From Abditibacteriaceae bacterium (lineage in GTDB: Bacteria > Armatimonadota > Abditibacteriia > Abditibacteriales > Abditibacteriaceae), in assembly GCA_965277285.1 (NCBI GenBank), contig OZ255721.1:3648001-3712000 (forward strand): a stretch of 64,000 bases of DNA, in the 5' to 3' direction. Under the pieces are notes generated by a model. The model was not told the origin of the DNA. It saw nothing but the letters and a program-made list of their open reading frames with translations, and searched no databases. Positions 29,106 to 39,548 of the stretch are shown here, piece after piece. Positions within the stretch are counted from its first letter, which is position 1; every line of letters begins with the position of its first letter. The position numbers were made by a program, and so were the translations under genes.

Positions 29106-32100
29106 CTATAACGTGTTTTGCGTCAATAATTGCGCGATGCGCGCGGCTTCTTTGTCTTGTGCAGGCGACAAAAGTTTTTTATCGCGGAAGGCTTTGAAAT
29201 CGTCCAGTGCGGTTTGCGCGAAGGTTTTTCCGGCGCTGATTTGGACGCGACGGTTTTCCAGATAAAGCACTTCGGCTTTGTCGTTTTGCCCCGACAGCAA
29301 ATACGCGTGCGCCAGATTGACCTTGATCCAGCGTTGCGATGCGTCGGTTTGCAGGCCGCGCGAAGCCGAAACAACCGCGTCTTGCGGACGATGCGCCAGC
29401 AATTGCGCCCACGCCAAAGCACCATAAACTTGCGCTAAATATTGCGTGTTCACCGTTCGATCACGCTCGTTGGCGGCGCTGCGCACCAGCTCGGCGATGG
29501 TCGTCACTCCTTGTTGATACGACGCAATCGCGCGCGCATAATCGTTCTGCGCGACGTAAACATCCGCCATTTTGTTGAAGATGACAGCTAAATCGCGGCG
29601 CGCCTGCGAACTGAAAGGCGACAAATCGGTCAGGATTTTGGCGGCTCGTGCGTCGAAATCCAGCGCTTCCTTCGCTTTGTTTTGCGCCAGTCGCAAGTCG
29701 CCCATGTTTTTCCACGCAATCGCCAGATCGCGCTGCGCTTCGGGCGTCGGATTTTGGTGCAGCAAGCGCACGCGCAAATCGAGGCTTTTCCCCAGCGCGT
29801 TCTGAGCGTCGCCGATTTTGCCGCCCAGCAACTGCAACACGCCGATTTTTTCCAAACTCACCGCCAGGTCGCGCTGCGATTGAGTACTCGATAGAGCGTT
29901 TCCGTTCGAGGCCAGCGTTTCGCGGATGGCCAGACTTTTCTGGTACGAATCCAAGGCTTGCGCGGCCTGGTTGCCCAGAAATTGTGCGTCGCCGATTTTT
30001 TCGTAACTCACCGAAAGGCCGCGCTGCGCTTCGCGGTCGTCGCCATTGCGCGACAATTGAAGCCCGATTTGCAAACTCTTCTGGTAAGCATTGAGCGCAC
30101 CCGCCGCATCGTTGGTTTCCACTAACAAATCGCCCATTTTTTCGTAACTCGCCGCCAGATCGTTTTGCGCTTGGATGCTTGGTCGTTGTTGCGCCAGAGT
30201 TTGAAAAATGGCGAAACTTTTGTTGAATTGCTGCAAGGCCTGGGCGTCGTTGCCCAGCACGACGGCGGTCGAACCGCTGCGCTCGAAGTTGAGCGCCTTT
30301 TCGCGTTGCGCTTCGGGCGTGTCGGGGTTCAAGCGCAAAATTTTGTCGACGATCTGGTCGTTGGTGTCCTGAATCGTTTTCAGAACGGGCAAGCTGCCCG
30401 GCACATCTTTCAATTGATCGGGAATCGTATTCGTCCAAATGTTGATCGCTTGTAGCGCCAGATTTTTCTGCTTTTCGGCGCGCTGCCATTGCCCGAACGA
30501 GAACACGCCGAAACCTGTCACCAAAACGAAAAAACCTGCCGCCACTGATGAAATTGTAACCCGTCGAATGCGACGCGCGCGGCTTTGTTTGCGATGCGAA
30601 GATTCGATGTATTCGACCAGGTTTGCGTCGAGATCGTCGCGGCGCTTGAGCAAAATATCTTCGGCTTCGGCCAGAGGTTTTCCTGGCGGCAGCAATAAAT
30701 CGGGGTTCTGGTTTTCGCTTTTCCAGCGCGCGGCGGATTGTGCCACGCGGTCGCGGGCGCGCAGGAAATCGCGGTTTTCCTCGAGCCAGTTTTGCACGCG
30801 CGGCCAGCGTCGCAGCAGCGCTTCGTGTGCCACACCAACCACAGCGCGCCCATCATCCGCGCAATCCGTGACCAAAAGCCGCGCGGCGACAAACGCTTCC
30901 ACCAGAGCGCGGCGCGGCGGCGTATCGCACAAGGTTTCCAGAGGCACGCGCTGTCCCGTCATTCCTGCCGCGTCGCTCTGCTTTCGAGTACTCGAATCGT
31001 TCACCGTCACCAGGCAACGCAACACCGATGGCAAGGCGTTGCGCGCGTCTTCATCCAACTGCGAAAAAACGTCTTCCGCGCGCCGCGCCAGAGCGCCTTC
31101 CGGCCCGCCCAGTTCATCGTAAGCCGCAAAAGTGAGAATGTTATCGGGCGTGCGGCGTTGCCACAATTCATCGAGCGTGAATTCCAAAAGCGGCAAGGCT
31201 TCGGGATCGCGCCAGGCGGCTTCGTGCAGCCGTTCGTCCAATCGCTCGCCAGTTTTCGGGTCGCTTTCAAAACGCAGGCCAGCGGCGCGCGAAGGATTGC
31301 GAATCATCTGCCCGACTTCGGCGAAGGTCGGCGGCAGCAAGTCGTAACTTCCGCTTCCTTCTTTCAAAGCGACAAGTGTCGGAACTTCGGCACACCGCGC
31401 ATAAAAATCGCTGCGCATCGTCGCCACGACCCAGACGGCGCCGCTGCGTGCCAAAGCCGCAATCGCTTCGATGAAACTGCGCCGCGCGTTGTCGCCGATC
31501 TTTTCCAGCGTCCACAATTCCTCGAGCTGATCCAGAACTAAGAAAAAGCGCGCTTCGGGCGGCGAATCCAAACCTTCGCGCTTGCCCGTATCTTCCGCAG
31601 CGCGCTTCAAGGCGGCGCGAATTGGTGCAACCGCGCGTTCGGGCGCCTGACGCAAAAGCGCCGCGAGTTCCCTTTCGTCCAAGCCGTCTTTGCGCAGTTC
31701 TGGCAAGGCGCTTTTGTCCAACAACGACGCGGCCAAACCCGCAATCAGGTCGTTCGTTTCGCCACTTTCGAGTACTCGATTGGCGTCTGAAGAAATGGCA
31801 TCGGCTGCGCGCAAAATGCTCCAGCGCCACAAACCGATGTGTTCGATGACGCCCGGCTGCGTGATCGTCGGCAAAACTCCGGCGCGCACCAAAGACGATT
31901 TGCCGCTGCCGCTGCGTCCAAAAACCAGCGTGAAGGCGCAATTTTCGCTCGCGCGCCGCACTAAAATATCGCGGATTTCTCCGATAGCGTGCGTGCGTCC
32001 GAAGAAAACCGGCGCGTGTTCCGGCTCGAAAACCGCCAGGCCGCGAAACGGCGAACCTCTGTGCCACGAAATCGGCGCCGCGCTTTCCTCGCCCGTCATG

Positions 32101-32765
32101 TGGCGTGGCAAGCGTTCTTCCACCAGGCGCCGCAAGTGGTTTTCCAGCATTTCCTCGAACTGATCGGGACTGGAAAAACCATGAAACGCCGCTTTGAACG
32201 AAGCCTGCGGGTTGCCAAACCAATGATCGATAAACGCTTCGAGCGCCTTTTTCTGCGCCAATCGGTCGAGCAAAGCTTGCTCGTTGGACAAAGGCGTGAA
32301 GGCTTCGCTGGTTTTGCGATAAACCATCAGGTCGGGCGCGCCGCGTTCCCGGAAAGCGCGCGCCGCGTCTTCAAATTCCCATTCGGTGCCCGAAGAAAAC
32401 AGCGAACCGTCTTCGCGGTGGAATTGCGACGGCAAGCGCGTGCCCAGGCGCGACCACAAGATGCAAATCACGATGTCGGTTTGCGACGGCGGAATGATTT
32501 GTTCTTGGAAATGGCCGGTCGCGCGCAACGGCTCGTGTTCCCATAAAATTGGCTCGAGCCGGATGCAACCCGCGAACTCGCCGTTGATGCGCTCCATCAC
32601 GCGCGTGGCGATGAGTCTTTCCTGACCGACATCGCCGGGCGACGAAAGAAAGACGCGCAACGTCCGTTCAACAGCGCATTGCGGTGCCGAATCGAGTACT
32701 CGATTCGGCGCTTCGGGCGTTGAAGAGGCGATTTCAGGCTGAGTTTCGGGAGCGGAAATGGACAT
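29106..32765 (-). CDS. STAND NTPase (nSTAND1-like): DUF4062/TIR-like N-domain, one TM helix, TPR array
   Basis: VFLSSPGDV..ER; SPFRGL..F......FFGR; Walker A GRSGSGKSS; Walker B LVLDQLEE; LPLLEFTL..LW; AHEALLRRW; TM VTISSVAAGFFVLVTGFG; repeated RDLAVS.EK.GD. Confidence 0.88.
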   Translation of the reverse strand: MSISAPETQPEIASSTPEAPNRVLDSAPQCAVERTLRVFLSSPGDVGQERLIATRVMERINGEFAGCIRLEPILWEHEPLRATGHFQEQIIPPSQTDIVICILWSRLGTRLPSQFHREDGSLFSSGTEWEFEDAARAFRERGAPDLMVYRKTSEAFTPLSNEQALLDRLAQKKALEAFIDHWFGNPQASFKAAFHGFSSPDQFEEMLENHLRRLVEERLPRHMTGEESAAPISWHRGSPFRGLAVFEPEHAPVFFGRTHAIGEIRDILVRRASENCAFTLVFGRSGSGKSSLVRAGVLPTITQPGVIEHIGLWRWSILRAADAISSDANRVLESGETNDLIAGLAASLLDKSALPELRKDGLDERELAALLRQAPERAVAPIRAALKRAAEDTGKREGLDSPPEARFFLVLDQLEELWTLEKIGDNARRSFIEAIAALARSGAVWVVATMRSDFYARCAEVPTLVALKEGSGSYDLLPPTFAEVGQMIRNPSRAAGLRFESDPKTGERLDERLHEAAWRDPEALPLLEFTLDELWQRRTPDNILTFAAYDELGGPEGALARRAEDVFSQLDEDARNALPSVLRCLVTVNDSSTRKQSDAAGMTGQRVPLETLCDTPPRRALVEAFVAARLLVTDCADDGRAVVGVAHEALLRRWPRVQNWLEENRDFLRARDRVAQSAARWKSENQNPDLLLPPGKPLAEAEDILLKRRDDLDANLVEYIESSHRKQSRARRIRRVTISSVAAGFFVLVTGFGVFSFGQWQRAEKQKNLALQAINIWTNTIPDQLKDVPGSLPVLKTIQDTNDQIVDKILRLNPDTPEAQREKALNFERSGSTAVVLGNDAQALQQFNKSFAIFQTLAQQRPSIQAQNDLAASYEKMGDLLVETNDAAGALNAYQKSLQIGLQLSRNGDDREAQRGLSVSYEKIGDAQFLGNQAAQALDSYQKSLAIRETLASNGNALSSTQSQRDLAVSLEKIGVLQLLGGKIGDAQNALGKSLDLRVRLLHQNPTPEAQRDLAIAWKNMGDLRLAQNKAKEALDFDARAAKILTDLSPFSSQARRDLAVIFNKMADVYVAQNDYARAIASYQQGVTTIAELVRSAANERDRTVNTQYLAQVYGALAWAQLLAHRPQDAVVSASRGLQTDASQRWIKVNLAHAYLLSGQNDKAEVLYLENRRVQISAGKTFAQTALDDFKAFRDKKLLSPAQDKEAARIAQLLTQNTL

Positions 32766-32798
32766 CGCAAAAGGTTCGATAAGGTTGTTAAGTCATTT

Positions 32799-32876
32799 CG
32801 TAGGGGCGTGGTTTCCCCGTCCTGTCGATGAAGGCAATCGGGCAAGGCGATGGGGCGGGAAAACCCCGCCCCTACG
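32799..32876. repeat. GTAG-type REP doublet
   Basis: cgtaggggcgtggtttccccgtcc ... ggggcgggaaaaccccgcccctacg. Confidence 0.8.
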
Positions 32877-32941
32877 AACGGCAGAAATGATACGTTGAAA
32901 CTCTCACTTTGTCATTCTGACGGGCGTTGATTCTGTCCTTA

Positions 32942-34837
32942 TCATAACCGGAAAACCTGAAAACCGGCGCGCGCCAGAAATTGCGGCAGTTGGCGCGCCG
33001 TTTGGCGGTTCATTTCCTGAACATTTGGCGGCAGCTGTTCCCACGGCAAAAGGTTGGGATTGGTTTTGCGTGCGGCATCGCGCGCGCCCAGCGTCCAGCC
33101 GCCGCTTTGCTGTTCTTGCAGCCAGCGCGCGTGTTCGCGTTGTGCCATGCGTTCGGTTTCCTCGGGCGTGAAAGCGAACGGTTTGGCTTCCCAATCGGCG
33201 ATGGGCGCGATGTCGCAACCTTCCAAGCGCAATTGCGTGCCGATAAAATCGGCCTGGCGTCGGTTCTTTTCCTTGATCAATTCCGACAAATCGTCCCATT
33301 GCGCCAGCGCTGGATTGTTTTCGTCCGGCGCCAAACGTTTTTGTTCGCGCAGATAATTGTCGTGCAGCGAGCGCGCCAGAACTTCGCTGGTGCCGCCCAA
33401 CACCAGTTCGGGATGACACGAGTACTCGAGAAGCCCGAAGGCGCGCAAATCGGCGTTCGATGTTGGCGATGAGTCCACGTCGGTGTTTTTTTCGATGACC
33501 GAGTTGCTGATGAGCGCGGCGACGCCGTTGCTTTCTCCGGTGCGCATCAGGATGGGAACGGTCTTCTGCCAGCCGCGCGTTTCCAAACGGTGGCGCAATA
33601 AAAGCGCGGCGCCCAAACCTTGCGCTTCATCGCCTACGCAAATGTAAATCGCGCTCAAGTGATGGTTTTTATCGTTATCAAAAAGATCGGCGCTTTGAAA
33701 CGCCGTCGAACCGATTTGTAAATCGCGCGCCTCGATTTCGCACGACGCGAACAATCCCGCGTGACGTTGACGCAACAACTCGCACACCGAAGACGCATCA
33801 CGATCCACCAGAACGATCTTCAAGACTAGCGCCGTTGCATTGTTGAGGTTTTCTCGATGTTCCTGCCATTGTTGCACGGCGCGCAAAACGACGCGTTGCG
33901 CCAATCGTCCGGCGCCGATTACCAGCAAATACGGCGCTTGCATCGTTGGTTGAAGCGTCGTCGCGTCCGTTGGCGAAGGTTCCGGCGCTGCGAGCAAAGC
34001 ACTTGTCCAGGGCGGTTGAGCGGAAAGCAGACCACGCGCGCCGATGTCGAAGACATCGAAAAGCTGCAAGCGAAAGGCGCTGTTGCCACTCACTTCCCAG
34101 CGCCGCAACAAGCGCCACAACTCGGAATCCATGATGTGCGCCGCGCAGGTGAGAACGTGACCGTTGTCATCCTTTGAGGCGGACATTATGTCGCGTGCAT
34201 GGGCGATAACGGCGGCGTTGACGGCATCGTCGGAGACCGCGAACAAGTATTTGGCGTGAGCGATGCGCGCCGCGCGAAGGGTTTCACGGCGCGTGACATC
34301 GCCGATCAAGGCGTAAATGCCGCTTTCTTTGCACGCCGCCAGCAAGTCGTGGTTCGGCTTGTTTTCGACAACGAGTACTCGATAACCTCTTTCGCGGAAC
34401 GAGCGCGCCAGCAGCAAACCTTTCTGGCTTAGTCCACAAATCACAACGTGATCACGCAAAGCGCGCGACTGCACTTCGCGCACGCGGTCGCGGAAGACGG
34501 CGCCAAAGGCTTCAAAGGCCGCGAAGCCAGTCACGACCGGCATCAACCAGCGCGCGATTTCCAGCGGCCAAGGTAATGTGCCAATTGTGCTGCCACCGAA
34601 ACTACGGAACTGAAAGGCCGAATAAAAAACGTCGATCAGACGCCGCGACGGGAAAAAAAGATGCAGGCCAATGCAGCCCAGTGTGTAGCCGGTCAGCCAT
34701 AATCCCAGCAAAACGAACCAGCGCCATTGCTGCCACCAAGATGCCACGCGCTGCATCACTTCCTGTCGTCGCGCGGCAGAAGCGCCGCGATTTTTCAGGT
34801 TGATGCCACTATTTTGAAGTAAAAGGTTTTCGTTCAT
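32942..34837 (-). CDS. Membrane protein with TrkA-N/RCK NAD-binding domains and C-terminal RyR repeats
   Basis: 2 TM helices; HVVICGL..KG, LIGD.T....L..A.I..A; second Rossmann-like VIGAGRLA; WDDLSE..K.KNR, EH.RW......GW..G, NPNLLPWEQL; start uncertain. Confidence 0.82.
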   Translation of the reverse strand: MNENLLLQNSGINLKNRGASAARRQEVMQRVASWWQQWRWFVLLGLWLTGYTLGCIGLHLFFPSRRLIDVFYSAFQFRSFGGSTIGTLPWPLEIARWLMPVVTGFAAFEAFGAVFRDRVREVQSRALRDHVVICGLSQKGLLLARSFRERGYRVLVVENKPNHDLLAACKESGIYALIGDVTRRETLRAARIAHAKYLFAVSDDAVNAAVIAHARDIMSASKDDNGHVLTCAAHIMDSELWRLLRRWEVSGNSAFRLQLFDVFDIGARGLLSAQPPWTSALLAAPEPSPTDATTLQPTMQAPYLLVIGAGRLAQRVVLRAVQQWQEHRENLNNATALVLKIVLVDRDASSVCELLRQRHAGLFASCEIEARDLQIGSTAFQSADLFDNDKNHHLSAIYICVGDEAQGLGAALLLRHRLETRGWQKTVPILMRTGESNGVAALISNSVIEKNTDVDSSPTSNADLRAFGLLEYSCHPELVLGGTSEVLARSLHDNYLREQKRLAPDENNPALAQWDDLSELIKEKNRRQADFIGTQLRLEGCDIAPIADWEAKPFAFTPEETERMAQREHARWLQEQQSGGWTLGARDAARKTNPNLLPWEQLPPNVQEMNRQTARQLPQFLARAGFQVFRL

Positions 34838-35017
34838 TGAAGAAGAGAAAACGAAAACTTCCGCTTTCAATCCTGTTATTGTGATTAACCAACGGCGCGG
34901 CGGCAAGTCAGGAAGGAAACCTTGGCGTTGTCGGTCTGGTTGCATTCAGAGCGAAAACGGAAACCTGAGAGAAGGTTCAAAAGGTTTTGAACCTGGCTGA
35001 ATGTAATAATAAATAGA

Positions 35018-35521
35018 ATGGAAAGAATTGTTGTGATCGGCTCGGGAGGTTCAGGAAAATCCACCTTGGCCTGTCAGATCGCCAACATTCGTGGTATTAA
35101 GGTTGTGCATTTGGATGCATTCTATTGGCGGTCGGGTTGGGTCGCTACACCTGAAGACGAGTGGCAAAACATCGTTAAAGGTTTGGTCGTGGAAAATTAA
35201 TGGGTGATGGATGGAAACTTTGGTGGAACTCGTCGATTGCGTTTTGAGGCTTCGGATACCATTATTTTTCTTGACTTTACTCGCGCACTTTGTATCCGTC
35301 GTGTGTTATGGCGGCGTTGGCGCTACCGAAGCAAAACAAGACCTGACATGGGCGCAGGATGTACGGAGAAGATTGATGGGGAATTCCTCAAGTGGATATG
35401 GAATTTCCCCAACAACAGCAGGCCAAAGATTATGAAGGAAATTGAAGACTATAAACAAGGTCGCAATGTCTTCATTTTGCGTCACCCCAATCAAGTGAAA
35501 CGATTTATAAAGCACCTGTAA
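35018..35521 (+). pseudogene. Topology-modulation protein/FlaR (P-loop kinase-like) with an in-frame stop
   Basis: IGSGGSGKSTLA, HLDAFYW, then TAA at 35198-35200 followed by WVMDGNF, DTIIFLD, RPDMG.GC.EK in the same frame. Confidence 0.85.
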
Positions 35522-35595
35522 AAGCACCCGCAAGCGTATACAAGCCATTTTGCTGACAAGGACACCAGAGCAGCAAAGTAACATATTCAACCTTC

Positions 35596-36147
35596 ATGCT
35601 TTCGAGTACTCGAGTAGTCTTAAGTGGCACAACTTCAAGCGGCGGTAGTTTGCACATTGGTGCGGTCGCGGACACGATGTTGCGTGATGTCGTGACTTCG
35701 GATTTCAGTGCGCGATTGACGGCGGAAGATTGGAATCGCATTCTCGATCCGGTTTGCACAATCGCCTCCGACGAACTATTTTAAAGAATTTTCGCAGGAC
35801 GCAAGCTCGTATCGAGGCGTCGCGGCACGTCCCGAACTGCTACAAAACATAGAGCGTTGGGGTACGACACCAATGTGAATCTTTCGACGGGTTTAGCGAA
35901 CTCGATTGCCGCGATGCGTTCGAGTAGTCGCGTCGCCTTGCGCGTTGATCCCCAAGCGTTTGCGGTGCAGGTCGAAGGTCAGACGACGCGCGAAAAGAAG
36001 TGGAATTGCCGCCATCGTGGTTGCGCGGTTCTCTCAACGTGCAAACACATTCTTGCGTTACGAGGACAAATCATAAGTGCGGACGCGACTTCTCACCGCG
36101 AAATGCCAAGTGCCTCCGACAACGTTGCGACCACCGAAGACGAGTAG
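35596..36147 (+). pseudogene. Possible degraded SWIM zinc-finger gene
   Basis: Broken frames ending in VEGQ...WNC...C.....CKHILAL, resembling the SWIM motif. Confidence 0.3.
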
Positions 36148-36324
36148 TGGAAAGTTTTGGTGTGAATTGGGACGTTGACATCTCAAAAGAAAGCACGCTT
36201 TAGCGGCAGTTGAGAAAACATGCTTTCTTTTTGTTGCGGTCGTGGTTAGGTATTGTATTAAGGAGTACTCGATTGCGGTTTTTCCTCTATAATGCGGCGA
36301 CTTTTAGTAAAATGAAGGCGCACT

Positions 36325-36897
36325 ATGAACGAACTTCCTCTGAAAACGCCCGTTTCCGCCGAACGTTGGGCGCGCATCAAACTTCTCGCGCTCGATGTCG
36401 ATGGAACGCTGACTGATGGCTCGCTGACTTTCGATGAAAGCGGGAGTTTGTTGCAGACCTTTCATGTGCGCGATGGTTTTGCGCTGGTTGCGGCGCGCAA
36501 AATGGGAATTCAGGTCGCGTGGATTTCGGGACGCGCGTCGCGTGTTGCGCAAAAGCGTTTCGCTGAATTGAAGCTCCATCATTGTTTGCTCGATTGCGCC
36601 GACAAAGCGCAGGCGATGCGCGATTTGCAAAAAGAACACGGTTTTTCGCGTGAGGAATGCTGTTTCGTGGGCGACGATTTGCCCGATTTACCAGCCTTTC
36701 GAGAATGTGGCATCACCGTCGCCGTCGCCGATTCGGTAAACGAAGTTTTAGAACGCGCTGATTATATTACGCAAGAACGCGGCGGGCGCGGCGCGGCGCG
36801 CGAAGTCGTTGAATTAATTTTGGACGCGCAAGGTCATTGGGCGAAACTTGTCAATAGTTACGTTGAAGAAACACAAACCGAAAACTTGCAAAAGTAG
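36325..36897 (+). CDS. kdsC: KDO-8-phosphate phosphatase (HAD family)
   Basis: IKLLALDVDGTLTDG, F.VRDG, ISGR, GDDLPD, GGRGAAREV. Confidence 0.92.
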   Translation: MNELPLKTPVSAERWARIKLLALDVDGTLTDGSLTFDESGSLLQTFHVRDGFALVAARKMGIQVAWISGRASRVAQKRFAELKLHHCLLDCADKAQAMRDLQKEHGFSREECCFVGDDLPDLPAFRECGITVAVADSVNEVLERADYITQERGGRGAAREVVELILDAQGHWAKLVNSYVEETQTENLQK

Positions 36898-36899
36898 AT

Positions 36900-37261
36900 T
36901 TGAACCGCCAAGACGCGAAGACACGCAGAGAAGGAAGAATGAATATCGAGTACTTGAAGTTGCAACTTTGTCATTCTGAGAGGGTGTATAGGAAAGCCGA
37001 AAAGCAACAGAAAAAGCTCGAAACTATCAGTTTGGTCATTCTGAGCGCAGCGAAGAATCTAATTGCAGTTAGATTCTTCGCTGCGCTCAGAATGACCAAA
37101 CTGATAGTTTAACGGCCCATTTTACAATTCCTATGCACCTCTCAGAATGACAAACTGCGAGTTTGACGGTTGTTTGGCTACATCTTTCTATGACTTTCTC
37201 CACACAGTGTTACAACAATCCCGATTTTCTCTCCTGGCGTTTTTGGCGTCTTGGCGGTTCA
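36900..37261. mobile_element. Second nested REP/MITE composite
   Basis: aaccgccaagacgc...gcgtcttggcggtt outer arms; gtcattctgagagg-gtgtataggaa...ttcctatgcac-ctctcagaatgac; inner REP doublet. Confidence 0.75.
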
Positions 37262-37405
37262 CAATTCTCATTATGTCTTCTCAACTTAAAGATGTTTTGG
37301 CGGCGGCCTTTATCGCGCTTTGTTTTCTAACCTGGTTTTGGCACGCGGGCGTTTTGTTTTCTTTTTAAGATCGCTCTGATTTTCGCCTTTTCGAGTACTC
37401 GATTC

Positions 37406-39340
37406 ATGTTCTACGCGCGCGATGTGCTGATTTTTATTGGATTTCTTGCGGTTCTCGGTCTTTTGTCGTGGCGCGTGTGGCGGCGAGCGGAAACGCTGAG
37501 CGGACTGGAATCGGTTGTTCTCACAACGGGTTTTGTGCTGGGAAGTTGCAGCCTCCTGGTTTGGCTTTGCGGCTTGCTGGTCGGCGTCGGAATGTTGTCG
37601 ATTGGGTGTTTTCTGGCGCCGTGCAGCGTAGTTTTGTGGTGGAGCCGCGCGAGTCGACGAACTTCGTCAAGCGCGTTCTGGCGAAAGCTTCCAATTGTCG
37701 AAAAGTTGCTGGCGTTTTATCTGGCGGCGGTTTTTGCCCTCACGTTTGTGTTGTCGCTGGCGCCGCCGGTCGGCAACGATTACGATTCGCTGATGTATCA
37801 TTTGGCGGCGCCAGCGCAGTATTTGCGGCACGGCAGAATCGTTCCTCTTGCTTACGATCATCACACGTTTTTTCCGCTGGCGACGGAAATGCTATTCCTG
37901 CTCGGCTTGAAACTGAGCGGGCCCGTGTTGGCGAAATTGTTTCATTGGCTGATGCTGCCGTTGTGTTGCGCGACGATTCTCGCGGTCGCAGAACGTCAGG
38001 GTTCGCGGCGCGCTGGATGGCTGGGAGCGGCGTTGTTTGCGTCGTTGCCGTTGGTGCAAGTCGAAGCGATAACGGCTTATATTGATCTATCGTTGGTCGC
38101 TTTCACTTTACTTTCTGTGTTGTGCTTTCTGCGCTGGATGAATGAACGTGACAATCGTTGGTTGCTCTTTTGTGGCGTCTTCTGCGGCGTTTGTCTGGGC
38201 ACCAAATACTTTGGCTTGATTCCCTTTGGCTGGCTTTTTGTCGCTGCACTCTTCGTAATTTTTCGGCAAAGAAAAGAATTCAAAAAGCCATTCGTCGCGC
38301 TGAGTACCTTTGTTGTGGTAGCGCTCGTTGTCGGCGGCGGATGGTACGCGCGCAACGCCTTATGGACGGGAAATCCGGTTTATCCGTTTGCTTATGGCAT
38401 TTTCGGCGGGCGCGGCTGGACAAAGCCATTGGCCGATGAATATACGCGCTCGGTTTCGGCGTTCGGCTTCGACAAAAGCCCGACCGATTTGGCATGGCTG
38501 CCGTGGCGCCTTTCGATGACGCCGCTCAATGTCGCTGTGAATTTGCAAAATCAGCCCGTTGGACAACCGTTTTGGCCGCTCAACCCCGCGCCGCTCGATT
38601 CGAGTACTCACACTGGCTTGTTTGAAGTCAATGGCTTGCTCGCTAATTCGTTTTTGGGGCCAGCGCTTTTGGCGTTCGGTGCGCCGCTGCTTTTCGCGCG
38701 CCGCAAGCCGCGCTGGATCAGTTTCGTTGGCTGGAGCATTCTCTTTTTCGGGCTAATTTGGACATTCAGCAGCCAGACGATTCGCTATGCTTTGCCACTT
38801 TTCGCGCTCATTTGTTGGCCATGCGGCTGGGCAATCGAACTGTATACAAAACGTTCCGCACTTTTGAAATGGACGACGTGCGGTTTTTTCGTGGCGTGGA
38901 TTTTGTGGTCTCCTGCGGTCGTGGCGTGGCAAAGTCGCACAGTCTGGCCAGTTATTATGGGACAACAAACGTCGGACGATTATTTGACGAGACGCGCGCC
39001 AGGCTACGCCGCCATGAAGTGCATCAACCAGAAAACGCCGCCGAATGCGCGCATCGCGGTTTATGGCGAGCCGCGCTGCTTTTACCTTGAGCGCGATTAT
39101 TTCTGGGCTGATGCCGCCAACAACACCTTGATCGATTACTCCACGATTCACAACGCACGCGATTGGATTAGTGCTTTACGGAAATTGGGCGCAACTCACG
39201 TTTTGATTAACCTTGTGCCGGGCGAAAATGCCGGTTATGGCGTTGTTCCACCGCAACTGACAGAAGCGCAAACACAAGGTTTGGTACGCGAACTTTTCCA
39301 CACGCGCAGTTATCTTGTGCTCGAAATTGTGGCGAAATGA
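37406..39340 (+). CDS. ArnT/PMT-like (GT-C fold) integral membrane glycosyltransferase
   Basis: Many TM helices; D...YHL..P..Y, YIDL, GTKY, WY.RN...TGNPVYPF, RYALP. Confidence 0.8.
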   Translation: MFYARDVLIFIGFLAVLGLLSWRVWRRAETLSGLESVVLTTGFVLGSCSLLVWLCGLLVGVGMLSIGCFLAPCSVVLWWSRASRRTSSSAFWRKLPIVEKLLAFYLAAVFALTFVLSLAPPVGNDYDSLMYHLAAPAQYLRHGRIVPLAYDHHTFFPLATEMLFLLGLKLSGPVLAKLFHWLMLPLCCATILAVAERQGSRRAGWLGAALFASLPLVQVEAITAYIDLSLVAFTLLSVLCFLRWMNERDNRWLLFCGVFCGVCLGTKYFGLIPFGWLFVAALFVIFRQRKEFKKPFVALSTFVVVALVVGGGWYARNALWTGNPVYPFAYGIFGGRGWTKPLADEYTRSVSAFGFDKSPTDLAWLPWRLSMTPLNVAVNLQNQPVGQPFWPLNPAPLDSSTHTGLFEVNGLLANSFLGPALLAFGAPLLFARRKPRWISFVGWSILFFGLIWTFSSQTIRYALPLFALICWPCGWAIELYTKRSALLKWTTCGFFVAWILWSPAVVAWQSRTVWPVIMGQQTSDDYLTRRAPGYAAMKCINQKTPPNARIAVYGEPRCFYLERDYFWADAANNTLIDYSTIHNARDWISALRKLGATHVLINLVPGENAGYGVVPPQLTEAQTQGLVRELFHTRSYLVLEIVAK

Positions 39341-39348
39341 ATTTGGCC

Positions 39349-39458
39349 AGTGAATGAATTCGCCGCCAGAGAAAAGTGTTGGCCTACGCCGACGCAATAC
39401 CATTAAGAGTCGTGTCGGGTTCAGCCCAACACTTTTCTCTGGCGGCGAATTCATTCAC
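39349..39458. repeat. GAATTCGCCGCCAGA-family element (copy 2)
   Basis: agtgaatgaattcgccgccagagaaaagtgttgg ... ccaacacttttctctggcggcgaattcattcact. Confidence 0.85.
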
Positions 39459-39548
39459 TAACCATCGTTTCAAGTTCGATTTCATTTATCAGGCGCCTGT
39501 TTTTGTTAGGATAGAAAGGACTTTTCGCCGCGAAAACGAGAACTTTGC

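Noticed and set aside
36900..37368. Small ORFs 36900-37112 and 37147-37368
   Set aside because: They are largely translations of REP/MITE sequence.
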